In this document: positions 13,203 through 27,830 of the stretch, in pieces
Layout of the letters: every line of letters begins with the position of its first letter
How positions within the stretch are numbered: position 1 is the first letter of the stretch
DNA from: Eledone cirrhosa
Lineage: Eukaryota
DNA length: 64,000 bases
Reading direction: 5' to 3'
Assembly: GCA_964016885.1 (NCBI GenBank)
Contig: OZ024741.1
Span: 156,178,001 to 156,242,000, forward strand
The notes under the pieces: model-generated
What the model was told of the DNA's origin: nothing
What the model saw: only the letters and a program-made list of their open reading frames with translations
Database searches by the model: none
Made by a program: the position numbers and the translations under genes

Positions 13203-15208
13203 TCAGCTGGTCGTCGGCTCTTCTAAGAGAATGTCTGAATATACTCTTCGATTGATTGTTCCTCCTAGGTCCCTGAAATCACCAACTGCGTTGGGGAATT
13301 TCGTTTTAATGTTTGTGTATTGTTTCTGTGCTATTTTTAGCAGTCTTATGTTAGTTGGCGTTTTGATTGGTGCTGGTATTATGTAGTCGTGTTGTGAAAT
13401 GTCTGTGTGTTCAATTATGTAAGTCATTAGTTTCTTGTTGTGTGTATTTATTGCCGTGCATTTGTTTTTCTGGGTGTGGGGTGTGGTTCTGCTATTTTCT
13501 TGTCGTTGTTGCTGGGTGTGTGTGTTTTGTTGTTGTGTTTGCGATGTTGGTGCTTGTGGTGGTGGTGTTGAAGGTGTTGTTGGCGATGGGGTTGTCGCCG
13601 GTGGTGATGGTGGTGCTAGTGTGGGTGGTGATGGTGTTGGTGGTGTTGCTGCTGTGGGTCTCTTGGCAGTAGACTTTACCCTTTTCTCATTTCTTTCCTC
13701 CCTTTTCAAAGGCGACGATGCGCTGTTTCTGCGTTTGTGCCTTCTTACGACCTTTTGCCAGCCCTCTCCCACTTCACACTCCATGTCTGATTCTGTTAGG
13801 TCGGGGAGGGGTACCAGCTCCACTCTTTCACTTGTTGTTGTTGGTGATGTTTGCACTGGAGTCTCTGTTGCAGCTGCATTTGGTATTGCTGTTGTTGTTG
13901 TTAATATTTTCACTGCTGCTGCTGTTTTTGATTTCCGTGGCGTGGGTATGGGTGCCACGGACCTATCGTTCCTGGTTGCCGCTTGTCCTGTTGCTGGTAG
14001 CCGTGGAGCCGGTTTCGGAAGGAGGGGGGTTTCCCCTTTCTCAGGGTTTTCTCGTTGCAGAAGGCCCTGAGGTGAGTCTTCGATCCACAGCGAAAGCATT
14101 TCGGGCGTTTTCCCTCAACACTTATGGGCAGTTGAGTGCCGTTATCGAAGTCTATCACATCCGGGATAGCTTCGATGCACTCCTGGTTGGTTTGGATTAG
14201 CATCTCAATGGAGGTGCCGACCCAATCTTCTCTCACTTTTTTTTGTACTTGCAGTACAGTTGTTTTGTCCTCGATTCCGACGAGGACAGACGCGGCCAGC
14301 CAAGAAGGGGCCATTCCGGGGGGGACGTGGGTCAGTTTGACCCTCACAATTTTTTGCCCACAGTAGGAGGGCACCAACACCATTTCCTCGCTCCTTAGGG
14401 TCACTACGGATTGGGCTTTTGCCTCCTGGCGTGTGGCAAAAAGTACGTCTACGGTGGCATATTTTTGGCCTCAGGTGATGTGCGTTTTCCGCTGCCACAC
14501 AGACCCCAAGGCTTTTTGTATTTGAGCCTCTGTGGCTCTTTCCACCCTTCGGGATTTTGTACTTACTGTACGGTACGTGCTGTTAGGTTTCGAAAAGTTT
14601 TCCGCTGCCTTGCAGATTGCTCGGTGTCCATTCTTTGTCACCATCTTCTTCGCTTCCTCTAATTCCTCATTTGTTATGAGGATTGTTTCCAAGTTTTTCG
14701 CAATACCTGCAAATGAGATTGGTTTTTCTTTGCTGCTGTTGTTGTTGTTGTCGTCAGAGCTGCTGTTACTTTTGTTGTTGCTGCAGGTACTACGACTACT
14801 GCCTCCGCCGCTGTTGCTGTGGTTGTTGTTGGTGTTGCTGCTGCTAATGCTGTTGTTGTTTATTCTGCTGGTGATGCTGTTGCGGCTGCTACTGTTGTTT
14901 TCATTGTCACTGTTGCTGTTGTTATTACGGCTGCTACTGCTATTATTCCTGACGTCAGACGAATGAACTGGGTTTTCGTATTTCCCGCACACCTGTTTCG
15001 TCGCTGTCGTCGTCGTCGTGGAGAAACCTTGCACGCTTTGCACGAGACTTTTCTTTTCTTTCGTCGCTTGCGAAAGAGAAGAGAGGGAGAGAGACACATT
15101 TAAAGAAGGGAGGGAGAGAGACAATCTTCTCTCTGCTGTAGTGATGATTGAGGAAGAAGAAGACGGAATGAGTGGGAGTGACCTATGAAATTTCTTTTTC
15201 GTAGCCAT
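13203..15208 (-). pseudogene. Tx1 ORF1 (RNA-binding protein with CCHC knuckle), frameshifted
   Basis: Split over ORFs 14471-15208, 13910-14404 (KCFRCGSKTHLRAFC) and 13203-14099, directly upstream of the APE ORF. Confidence 0.85.
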
Positions 15209-15450
15209 GTTGTTTTTTTTTTGTTTAAAATAAATATTGGGTACAAAACCCCAATAAGCAGTTATTTAACCCCGAAGGGCCAAATAACGGGCAGAAAGAC
15301 CCCTCTCACGAGGAGGAGGGTGTTTTTGTCTACAAGTTCGTTAAAGTTTTAAACAATTTACAATTGCTATAGTGTTCAAAATTTACAATACCTTACAGAG
15401 CCGAGCCTCCGTCAACCATAGCATTCAATAATAATAATAATAATAATAAT

Positions 15451-16422
15451 GATTTCATTTATTAGCCACAAGGGCCGACATGTAGGGGACAATACAAAGA
15501 CAGGGACAATGGGGGTTTACAATAAGGTCGAGTAAAAGTGCACTATGGCAAGACTAATTTAACAATGAAAATATAAAAATATAAAATAAACTATGCATAA
15601 ATATAACAAAATAAATTCCCCAATAGGGGGTGGACGACCCTGGGGGGATTCGGGTACCCCACCAATCCTGAACCACCCTGCGCTTTTAGGGCACCCAGGG
15701 AGTGCACCCCTCTCCTCAAGTTAGCCAGCCTATAGGCGCATGGTCAGAGTAGGCCCATTCACACGAGCCATTCTCGCTACATTCACCCACCTTTTAGCAA
15801 ATGTACTGGGAGGGGGCAGCACTTCTCTCTCCACCCTCACCTTCCTTTCCAGGTGAAACTTGAAGAAGTTGATGAGGGATTGGCCGAAGAGAAAAGTGTC
15901 TGTCTTTAGTCCTTTCAACCTGGTCCACCATATCATCTCTTTCGCAACTGCCACCAGACAGAGGAAAATTTCCTGCTCTTCCTGACATAAGGAAGGCGGT
16001 GGATCGATCTTCACTATGGACTCGGCCGATAGCCGGATTCGTTCTACACGCGACAGTAGCTGTTCGACATAACTCCACAAGTCAGTAATGCACGGACATT
16101 GGATAAGTGCGTGCAGAACGGTTTCGTCGTTCTGTGCGCATCTTGGGCAGGTCCGTCTGACAGCACTTCCATGCCTGTAGAGTTTATCCCGAACCGGTAG
16201 TGCCCCCCGGTAGCACTGCCAAGCGAGGGATTTCTGGAAATTGTCCATCGTCCCCGGCTCAAAAGTCCTCCGGTACAGACTGGTCAGTTCGACTTCGTCG
16301 AGGCCCAAAGCTTCTCCGAGTGCGTCATCGCACTTGCCCACCACTAATCCTCTATAGAACTTGAGAGTGGAAGTTCCACTGATCGCATTGCCCGCTTGGT
16401 AGAGGGCAGTGAGTGCCTGGCA
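15451..16422 (-). mobile_element. Tx1 LINE 3' fragment, diverged subfamily
   Basis: ORF 15730-16344 is homologous to 9690-10319. (AAT)n on both sides. Confidence 0.92.
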
Positions 16423-16423
16423 A

Positions 16424-16456
<33 letters not shown>

Positions 16457-16662
16457 CGAAAGATATAACTTTATAACGTCACTATTTATATATATCTCGG
16501 GGATGCTAAACTTTATGTTTAACATAAATCAGAGCATGCCTTCTTCAGAAAAAATACATATGAGATGTATAAATTGTTTGATGATATACTCGCAAGAGTG
16601 ATCTTTACAGATCAGTGACAAGCAGCCATAACTCAGTTGATTACATATCAACGAAATCTTTA

Positions 16663-16700
<38 letters not shown>

Positions 16701-16973
16701 AAACATGAATTAATATGATAAGGTGAAGTAGTTAATAAATCCTTTATTCTACTTGTGTTTTAGGGATTAAAATTCTCGGTGTGGACACACATCAATGGTA
16801 GTTTCGAAACTACTTATCGTTTCTCTCGACAAACCACACCCATTTTACTCCCTATCCTCAAAAACAATGGATGTTCAAACTGTTATTAAATAAAACTGCA
16901 TGTAGGTCAATTCGTAAGGGAAAATATATATGATGCATGAAAGTATAAAACTCTATACATATATTCATGTATA

Positions 16974-17039
<66 letters not shown>

Positions 17040-17055
17040 TACATACATACATACA

Positions 17056-17660
17056 GGGTGGCTGCCAACTCGTTTTCGAGTACGGCCACTACTTTATATC
17101 CATGTAGGAGAACCCCTACCGATGCGCTGAACGAGTGTCACTTTTTAGTCCAGCCAGCGACTCGAAAACTCTGGTACAAACACTACACTTGTGACAATTA
17201 TTGACAAATAGTGCTGGGCCCATGGTACCATGTGACGACAAGTGCAGAGATCTCCAGATATAAAGCAATGCCTGTAGCATGAAGCTTTTATAGTGAGCAA
17301 AGGCACTGCACAAAGCCAGTCCCACTCTCTTAACCAAGATGATATTTACCAAAAAGAAGAACAAGTCAACATCATTGGATACCATCAGGGTTGCAGGTGT
17401 TATATCAGAGTTTTCCTTCTCCTAGAATTCTGCCTTGAAAAAGGCTAAGGGGTCATCTCTCCCGGTGATTTTGGATGGCTATTGACTCTTAAGAGCCTTT
17501 TAACAGGTTTTGTTTCTAGTCCTGCAGGATGTCGAAAGTCACCCTCCTCACCAAGAAACCTTGGGGGGGGGGGCCAGTTTAGTCGCCAGCGATCCGACCA
17601 TGAGACAGGTTGTACTGGGATACATGTTACCAGTAGCACCAACTGGTGACCTGACACAAC
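17056..17660 (-). mobile_element. About 600-bp non-coding interspersed repeat, probably RTE-related and non-autonomous, copy 1
   Basis: Colinear, highly similar copy at 44102-44702 with the same ends. Minus-strand ctaggagaaggaaaactc resembles RTE 5'UTR motifs (recalled). Flanked by (TACA)n. Confidence 0.7.
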
Positions 17661-17733
17661 ATACATACATACATACATACATACATACATACATACATAC
17701 ATACATACATACATACATACATACATACATACA

Positions 17734-18232
17734 TAGAAGAATATATTGAGTCAGACGGCACTAAGGAATACTGGTGGAACCTGAAAATAAAAACTGCCAC
17801 TAAATTAAAGCACAACCGGCCTGATATTGTTGTTTGGGACCACATATTGAAAACGTGTTCTGTTGTGGAGATCAGCTGCCCACTTGATGTAAACGTTGTC
17901 AGAAAAATACAGAAGGAGGACATCTACGGACCATTGATGAGGAGTTTACAAATCCAGTATCCAAGATATACCTTTAGCTTCATACCCATCATTATTGGAG
18001 CTACGGGTTATATACCAACCCGCTTGGACCAAAGTATGACTGAACTTGGATTTGCGGACAAGAAGCGCAGCTCCCTAATTCATAGTCTACAAATGGCTGC
18101 GATAGCTGGCACCTTCAAAATTTGCAAAACATTCTTGCGATTCAAGGGATGACAATTTCTTTTCTTTTACAACTTTGCCACCAGGAAGGTGGCCGGTCAA
18201 AAGAATATACTCGAAATTAAGAGAAAGAGATA
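17734..18232 (+). mobile_element. R4/Dong-type RLE LINE family C, 3' fragment in (TACA)n
   Basis: EYWWN..HNRPDIVVWD..VVEISCP..PIIIGATG..KICKTF. acat repeats on both sides. Confidence 0.88.
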
Positions 18233-18609
18233 ACATACATACATATATATATATATATGTATATACACATATAAATGTGATAGGATTCGGCCAATTCTGA
18301 CAAACAACATATCTAACTTTATAGCTTCACGTGGAGAAGTCTTTCACATTATGTTTCAAATCATGGGCATGCTTTTGTCAAGATAGCCTACTCCAATAAA
18401 GAGTTATTGTTGCTTGAGATGTATGCGGCTGCAGTGGGTTTATCTGAATTTTATTTTAAAAACTGCCCAGAGAATGTTTGAAGTTTATGGGATTTAATAG
18501 ACATACTTTCCGTTTATCTGCCTTTATATACATACATGTAATACGTGTAGATTTTCTTTTTTCTTTTCAAATAATAGGTAATCAACTAATCACAGAACAT
18601 TTATTAGAT

Positions 18610-18800
18610 GATGGTTTGGCAGAATCGTAGGAAAGTCAAACAAAATGTTTTGCAATTATTTAGTTACATCTTTTGCATTCTGAGTTTAAATTCCATCGAG
18701 TTCGATAAAATGAAGTACCAGTCAAATATTGGGGTCCTTATTACCAGATAGATCTTTTACCAGATAGATCCAGGCCTGTTGCCAAGTTTAGAAACCATTT
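18610..18800 (+). mobile_element. Degenerate tRNA-type SINE
   Basis: ggtttggcagaatcgtag..ttctgagtttaaattcc..gataaaatgaagtaccag is similar to the SINE copies at 33.8, 41.8 and 53.3 kb. Confidence 0.55.
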
Positions 18801-19481
18801 ATTTGACATTGTTCACTACCTCATTATGCTACATACTAGTCATCTAAAATCTTACAAATTTCACAATTTAATAACTACTCTTTGTCTCTTGAGAGTAAAG
18901 AAACTTAAAATCCGTTCCTAGGCTCACCTCCAGACGTTGCTTGTACTAAATTTTAGGTGAGTGAAATAAAGCTGCTCGTTATGAATACAACGCGCCAGTC
19001 GGTTTCAGGGTAGAAAGCTCGAGGTCTTACAATTGTCAGTCTAACACAACTAGCCACAAGACCACGCGCCTTCACAGACACAATCAATACAATTAACAAT
19101 AACTAAATAGCAAAAAAAAAAAAAAAAAAAAAAAAAGATGAAGTTTTACAGATACTTTACAAACATTTTAATAATGTTGTATATAGTGAGATACATATAC
19201 AGGAATACAAATTGGGAATGTCGCCATTTTACAATAGATGCAAATAATTTAATTGCAGATATTGCCACTTTGTAAATTAAAACTAGTATGAATGTACAAA
19301 CACACACACACACATACACACACACACACACACACAACAAAAACAACAACAACAACAACATACACAAACATATACGCAAGTGAGGGTCTAGAGTTTGACA
19401 TATATATATGCAACGTTTGTCAACTTCCATATATATTGATTGTTATATCTGTTTGTTTGTACGCACACCATTACATATATA

Positions 19482-19539
<58 letters not shown>

Positions 19540-19766
19540 CTATATATATCTATATATATCTATATGTGTAAATATATACATACGTACATATATATATGGT
19601 GTAAATCACACAATATCTCATTTTAAATAAATATAGTAGCAAAGGAAGGAAGATTTGTCGATAAGATAAATACCAAGGGAAATAATTGGTATTGCTAGAG
19701 TGCCTTTCGATATGATTGAGAGGGGTGCATGGATGTTAGCTGAGATAGAGAGAGGGAGGCATCATC

Positions 19767-19841
<75 letters not shown>

Positions 19842-20224
19842 TTGTGTGTGTGGTGTGTGTCTCTGTGTCTGTGTGTCTCCCTGTATGTGTGTCTCTGTGT
19901 GTGTACTATAGTTTTGTTGGAACTACTAATACTAATACTTTGAGAGAAGAGATAAAAAGAACAGCAAACATTGAATAGCAAATGGGGAAAATGGAATTCC
20001 GTCGGTTTCGGCGTAGCGTGTTCCAATTGTTCGATGAACAGAACAGAAATTTCGTGAATTAATGTACATATAGCTGAGCATGCCAAAAACACGTGTAATA
20101 TCACCGTAATTCTCATGGCGATTCAACGTGTCAGAGTATGTGTTGAGGTTGGCCGTTTCAATTAATAGTCAGGCTATCCTATGGCCTTCAAAAATTTCCG
20201 ACCACCCAATTTCTATGAGAATAT

Positions 20225-21177
<953 letters not shown>

Positions 21178-21224
21178 TATACGATATTAATAAATGGAAA
21201 CTATATTTATAAAACCATATTTAT

Positions 21225-21292
21225 TTCATTATATATATTTCAAGGATACCAAGTTACATTATCGTATGCCTTCATCAGACAAAATACAATAT
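21225..21292 (-). ncRNA. Type I hammerhead ribozyme motif
   Basis: Minus strand: uauuuugu CUGAUGA aggcauac..guauccuu GAAA uauaua UA augaaaua. Stems I and II pair; stem III is palindromic. Confidence 0.75.
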
Positions 21293-23132
21293 ATAACAGT
21301 TTTATAAATAGACATTGACGTACCCCTTTTAAAAATTGACCGTTGTTTTTGGAGGCCATCAGGATAGTGATTTGTTTACTTTAGTAAGTCATAGTGTTAA
21401 GAGTAAGTAAAAAGATGGAGAGAGAGAAACGTGGAGAAAAGAAAGGGAGAGATAGATAAAGTAAAAGAAGAAAACAAAAAGAAAAGAGAACAGAGGAAAA
21501 ATAACGGGGAGTTATCAAACCATCAGACAGAGAAAAAAAAATCCAGAGAGAGATATATAGAGATAGAGAGATGGGGGAAAGAACGAAAGCCTTAAGTTAT
21601 GTCATATTAAGTTGAGTTAACAATTGGGATGAAAAGCATAAATAAAATTAGAAATATTAATATTCATGAATGGAATATAATATGAGAAATTACACATTGT
21701 TTAATTATGATTAGATATTTAGTTTAAAATTGAGATCAATATATTAAAAATTGGAATTTAAACATTATAAAATATATATATTGCTATAGAGATTATCTAT
21801 CGCATATTACATACACATAGGCAGGTACATAAATATATATATATATACACACTCACTCAGAAAATACACACTATATCTACTCCCGCACATAATATATATA
21901 TACAAAGCATAAGTGATTTTTTGCCATACATTCCCTGTGTTATTTAAAAATTAAAAATTAAAAGTTTTTAGTATATATATATAAATATATAGGATTAACT
22001 TTCATGCATTTATGGCTGTTAAGTTATGCATATCTGCAATCAAAAACTGCATGTGTAAGCCTGTACATTCACATCCATAATTCTTATCTATACATGAATA
22101 GATATGTGTGTGCATCTTCAATTGGTATACACGCGTCACTCATGCATATATACAGACAGACATATAATCATAAAAAAGCATATAACACATGTATATGTAT
22201 GTCAACACACACATATAGATACATTAGCCGTATATAGATATAATCAACATATAACATAGTACAATTGAGTATATAAAATACAAAAGGATTATATTTTGGA
22301 AATATAATTATATCAATATAACTTAAAAAGCAAACGAATTCTACAAATATCAAAATACTAAAATATCACAAAATATTATAGAATATTTTAAGTTAAAATA
22401 ATATGTTTAATATATTTAGTATAGAAATTAATCTTACGTATATTTTAATCAAGATATTGAAAGGACAAACTTTTGAAAATTATGAGAAGCTATCAGAATA
22501 AAAAATAAATCTAATAAAAATTATGAGAAGCTATCAGAATAAAAACAAATCTAATAAAAACAAATCTAATAGAAAATCTAATAAAATTAAAAAATAAAAT
22601 GAATCTAATAAAAAATAAAAAATAAAAAATAAATAAAATGAATCTAATAAAAAATAAATCTAATAAAAAATAAAATATTATATCAATATAACTTAAAAAA
22701 ACAAGGATTCTACAGATATCAAAATATAAAAAAAATTAAAAAGTTTAAAAATAAAAATTAAAAAAAAAAAAAGAAAGAAATTAAAAAAATTTTTTAACAA
22801 TCTTAAAAAATTTCAAAAAAAATTTCAAAAAATAAAAAAAAAATATTTAAAATTTTAAATATTTTAAAAATTAAAAAAAAATTTTATAAATTCTTAAAAT
22901 ATAGAATATTTTAAGCTAAAATAATATGTTTAGTATAGAAATTTATCTTACGTATATTTTATTCAAGATATTGAAAGGATAAACTTTTCTAGAATAGTTT
23001 ATTATATTTATAATTATATTTATGAAGAAAATTTATACTTGGGTACTTAACCAAAGAAAATGAAAAAGGTGAAGGAATCTAATGATTTATCGACAGGTTA
23101 GATATATTAACTAAATTACTTAATTAATTGAA

Positions 23133-25150
23133 CTACATTTTAAATTTATATTTATATTTAAACGTTGAGTTCAATCTATGTCTGCAGCAACTGAATAAAT
23201 TATTCCTTAAATTAAGGGAATTTTTGGTCTTTAATATAAAAAATATTTCCTCTATACAAAGGTCACAATTTTCTGAAGAGGAATTAAAAGGAGTAGCTAG
23301 TGAAATAATATTCCAAATCAGCAAATATTCAACATTATCTCGTTTTAGGTCCCATAATAGGCTAGATAGCGAAGTTGAAGATTTTTTCTTTGGATTTGTA
23401 AAAGAATTTTTATAATTATTGAAGCGGGATTTAAATTCTGTAGAGGTAGAACCGACATAGTTAAATGAATTTAAATTAGTTTTAACATTACAATTATAAA
23501 CTACATTTTTAGCTAAGACAGTTGGATTTATTTCTACAGTTACAGTTATTCGATTGAATATTGCTTGGGTTATTATTGGTATTTTGGTTAGGTTTTAAAT
23601 TTTTATTATTAATTCTATTAATATTTTGCGCTAAATTTTTGGTGGAAGAGTAGGTTAATTTTATAGTATGTCTATTAAAAATTGAGTAATATTTATGTGT
23701 TCTAGGGAATCGTTTGTCAAGAGCTTTAAAGAATAGTTTAGCAAGAGGGGTTTTAATATTTAGTGAGAAAGGGGGAACGAACCATAATATATTTCTAGTT
23801 CTATTTCTTTTTCGGCTTTCGGAGTTATAGTAATATTTCCTATTATGGTTGTTGAAATTGTTACCATAATCAAAGTTGTTATTATTTTGGTTATTTTGTA
23901 TATTATTATTATTATCTATGTATTTAATTTTATTTCTATACCCAGCTCTACCTAACGCTCCATTGTAATAATGCGCTTTTTCATCAAATATATTCTTATT
24001 AGATGAAATTCTTGAAATTCGTTTTTGAACAGAGTTCACTATAGTATTTTTAACGGATCTGGGGTGATTAGAGTTAAAATTGACATAATTTAAGTTCTCA
24101 TTTAGTTTGTGAAATGGATAATGAAGACCTGTGTTAAGATTTAGTGTTACATCTAGAAAATTGACTATTTTATGGTTATTCTCTATTTCTACTTTTAGAT
24201 TAAGGTAATTAAAAAATTGTATAATTTGTTTTCTTTTTCTATTTAGTTCACAACTATTATTTTCTATAAGTAAAAGCATGTCGTCACGATATAAGCCTCC
24301 GGTTACATCTGGTATTTTTCTATGTAGAGAATTAATGATAAATAGGCCCACAAGGTCCGTTACCTGAGCTGAGTCTGAAGATCCCATAGTTATGTCGAAA
24401 TTATTATTTCTATCTGCCCTAGTCCAGAGTTGGTTATTAAATTCTATTAATGTTTTCCGTGCCGATAATATAATGTGCATTTCATTGCTAGTTAGGTTTG
24501 TATGTTTAAATGCGTAAGTTAGTGCCTTATTCAGTAGATTAGGAGTGATAGATGAGTAGTAGTTAGCAATATCCAACTGAATAAACTTATTATTATAGTT
24601 ATATTTAATTTCTTTAAACCAATCGATAACCTCACTAGTCCCTTTCCATAATTTTAAGTAAGATAAATTAGGTAAATTCTTAATTTGTTGTATTACTCTG
24701 TCTAGAATATTTTTGCTAAGTCTGCCCAGGTCAGATTTAGATGGTGCAATTAATCTGACTGGTAAATCATTTTCAAAGTTTCTTTTATGATCCTTCATAT
24801 TGATCTTAGGTTTCCTTGGCATGAAGGGTTGTGTTTTATTTTCAATGTCTAGTTCATGTATTATACAAGAGGCATCTGTATTCAGTTTTTCAAGTTCGTC
24901 TTTATTTGCCACTTTATATTTCTTCCTTAGTTCCTTCAATATAAATGTCCTTTTGTAATCCGTAAAGATTATTAGTTTTGTCCGACTTGACTAGAATTTT
25001 CTCCGTTTTCTCCAAGTTTTCAATCTTATCTTTAATATCTCTTAAGTAATCTTGGCCTTTGAAGTTGTTTTTGAATTTGATGCTTTGGATGATAGATACG
25101 ATATCATTTTCAAAATCCATTAGTAGTTTGTTGGGGGGTGGATTTTTTTT
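23133..25150 (-). pseudogene. PLE RT plus C-terminal GIY-YIG endonuclease, two frameshifts
   Basis: SDKTNNLY, KDHK..PVRLI, LDIANYYSSI, TMGS, LYRDD, FLDV and CNCRNKSNC. After a frameshift: VVYNC..YVGST..FKSRF..IW..CDLCIEE..CRH. Confidence 0.9.
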
Positions 25151-25175
25151 AGATTTGATTTATAAAACTGTTATA

Positions 25176-25248
25176 TATTGTATTTTGTCTGATGAAAGCC
25201 TACCATAATGTAACTTGGTATCCTTGAAATATATATAATGAAATAAAT
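25176..25248 (+). ncRNA. Type I hammerhead ribozyme motif (inverted copy)
   Basis: CTGATGA at 25189 and GAAA at 25226. Inverted partner of 21225-21292. Confidence 0.7.
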
Positions 25249-25304
25249 ATGGTTTTATAAATATAGTTTCCATTTATTAATATCGTATATCTACTCCAAA
25301 TATT

Positions 25305-25341
<37 letters not shown>

Positions 25342-25619
25342 AAAAAGAGATGAAATCGAAAATGCAACTTGAGTCTTATTTAAAAAAATATATATATATT
25401 TATTTGGTTCCTTTACCGGTTTCGCAGTTCTTCTGCTTTTCAAAAGTAGAGTTGAGATGGAGGGTCTGAGAAAAACCGTCGAAACGGCTTGAGTTCTGCC
25501 GCCGGGGTCATACTCTCTCCTATATATATATATATATATATATATATACTTATACATACACACGTAAATACTCTTACTGCTACATATGTACAAACACACA
25601 TATATATATATATATATCA

Positions 25620-26657
25620 GGTGTGGTGCCAGAAATGTCTGCACCGGTGGGAGTGGGGATACTCACAAGCCCCCGGCTGTCAGAATGTGTTATGGAATGA
25701 ATCCCTTTAGGAAGGAGGATTTGCCTCTTGAAGCTTAAGCTGAAAGATAGGTCTCTGTGTGTGATGTAAATTTATACAGCAAACTAGGAGTCCGAATACA
25801 AGTCCTTCCTTGATGGAGTCACTGCAGCTTCGATCTAGTTAAAACTGAATCATCTATGCTGATGGGAGACTTCAACGCACATGTTGGCATTGGAAAGGAA
25901 TGATGGAAAAAATAGCAGCCCCAATCTAAATATGATTAGACAGGCCTTATTAGACTTCCGTTAGAGGAATGGACTCTGTATTACGAACACCTTCTTCAGC
26001 TGGGGAAGGTGAAATCCGGAGCGAGATGTGAAAAGCCGTAAATAGAGAAGGTATTCACAGGCTGGCTTGAGTGTAACGGGTGGCCTGGATCTATGGAAAG
26101 GCACCTAAGCAATGGCAATCGGGAGTAGTATTCCCAATTTTCAAAAAGGGAGACAAGATATAGGCGTAAAAGCCAAACTCGCTATCTTCAATTCGGTATT
26201 CGTGCCAACCCTTACCTATGGTTATGAATCTTGTGTAATGTCCAAAAGAATGTGATCGCAAATACAAGAGTTCCTTCGAATGGTCTTTGGGGTAACTTTA
26301 CTCGCTGGAGAGAGTAGCTCAGAGACGAGGGAGTCATTCCAGTTGGAGCCACTATTTCTCCAAATTGAGAGATCACAGCCCCATAATTTGGGCATGTTGG
26401 TAGAATGTCTCAGGAAGAATCGCTGGACAGATTTTACGGGCAAAACCAACCGAAAGGGGACCCATGGGTGGACCCCGAGCAAAGAAAGTTAGATAACATC
26501 CATGAGCTTGGCTGGTCTCGCATGAGGGTCCAGCCGGATCAGTTGGAGATGGTTGCTTCTGACAGAATACGCTGGAAGAAGAAGAAGAAGAAGAAGAAGA
26601 AGAAGAAGAAGAAGAAGAAGAAGAAGAAGAAGAAGAAGAAGAAGAAGAAGAAGAAGA
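25620..26657 (+). mobile_element. Heavily deleted RTE-clade LINE remnant with (GAA)n tail
   Basis: APE motifs MGDFNAHVG (25862) and NGLCITNTFF, RT start VVFPIFKKGD, C-terminal LTYGYE, then (GAA)n at 26576-26657. Confidence 0.75.
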
Positions 26658-27744
26658 ATTCGTGAACAAACAAACAAACAGAAATACCCTAAGTATTGAA
26701 TACTCGGGTGCGTTATGGTCCATCTGGTTCCTTACCACAACTCCTCCGTTATATATATATTACACCACCATCCACCCTGCCAGACTCAGAATCTCCAACA
26801 TCCGGTCTTAAAGTCCGTAGAAAAACTCCAGGAACACACACACACAAACACTTACACTATATTTGCACCACGAAACCATACATTCACACCACATATAAAT
26901 ACAAACACACACGTGCGTATCCTCACATACACACTCACCCTCCGGACTCCACCCCCTCTGGCCCGTCTCCATCCATACGCACACACACCGACTTAACCCC
27001 ACCCCATGTTAACACCGGTTTCCCTATTACCCGAACATAGAATATCGTTCTTCTCCCAACATTCACATCCACACACACACACAGGTACACCTACACACAT
27101 ACACACACACCACCTTCAGCCCTCCCCGCTCGGACCCCCGTCTCCCTCTCCCTCTCCACCCCTCCACCCACCACCACCCCTACGCGCCTCACACCCTTTC
27201 ACCACTTGCTTTTTTTTTATTAGCAGAGATGCGTAAAATCCGTTGTTGGACGCTATTGACAATAGTGTTTTTCATATTTCTAGGAAGATTAGAATTGAAA
27301 CTTACATAATTTAGATTTTCGTTAATTTTAACGGTTAACAAACAAGATTGGAGTTATCTTTTCCTTTTCAATCGTGCAAACATAAAATTATATTATAATA
27401 TTATATGTATGATAAACTATATAACTTCGCTAAATTAACAATATTCTGAAAACATTTTCAATGTTGGAACAAAATATTTGAATCTACAAATTGTTCTCTT
27501 ACAACTTGAACTATGAGTTTTTTTATGTAAAATGCAAAATCAATATCCTTCGTAACTCATTAGAATTAACAACTAATAATTGTAAATTATTTCTATTTCT
27601 ATAATACTTATACATGCACAATTATTAATCTATATAGATGTTTATATACTTACAACCCATTGTAATGTAATAAGATAAAATCTACTTACAACCATAATTC
27701 TCCATATAATCTAATTGATTATATATATACAATATTATAACTCA

Positions 27745-27830
27745 TAATTAACTTTGCCTTTCATCCTTACGGGGTCGATAAAATAAAGTACCAGTAATGC
27801 ACTGGGTAATTGCTGGCAAAAGTAGAAACA
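27745..27830 (+). mobile_element. SINE 3' fragment
   Basis: ttaactttgcctttcatccttacggggtcgataaaataaagtaccag is shared with the other SINE copies. Confidence 0.75.

Larger units (their letters stand above)
9436..15426 (-). mobile_element. Full-length (about 6 kb) Tx1/L1-clade LINE, decayed
   Basis: 5'UTR, ORF1 pieces, APE, RT, C-terminal zinc region and 3'UTR with AATAAA are all present in order. (AAT)n on both sides. Confidence 0.95.
21181..25310 (-). mobile_element. Penelope-like element, Hydra-type, 5'-truncated, with inverted HHR-bearing ends
   Basis: RT and GIY-YIG remnant at 23133-25150, long AT-rich 3' region, inverted repeat 21181-21309 / 25158-25286, (TA)n on both flanks. Confidence 0.88.

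Noticed and set aside
10509-15103. Long antisense and alternative-frame ORFs over the Tx1 element
   Set aside because: Shadow frames of GC-rich or low-complexity coding sequence with no recognisable domains.
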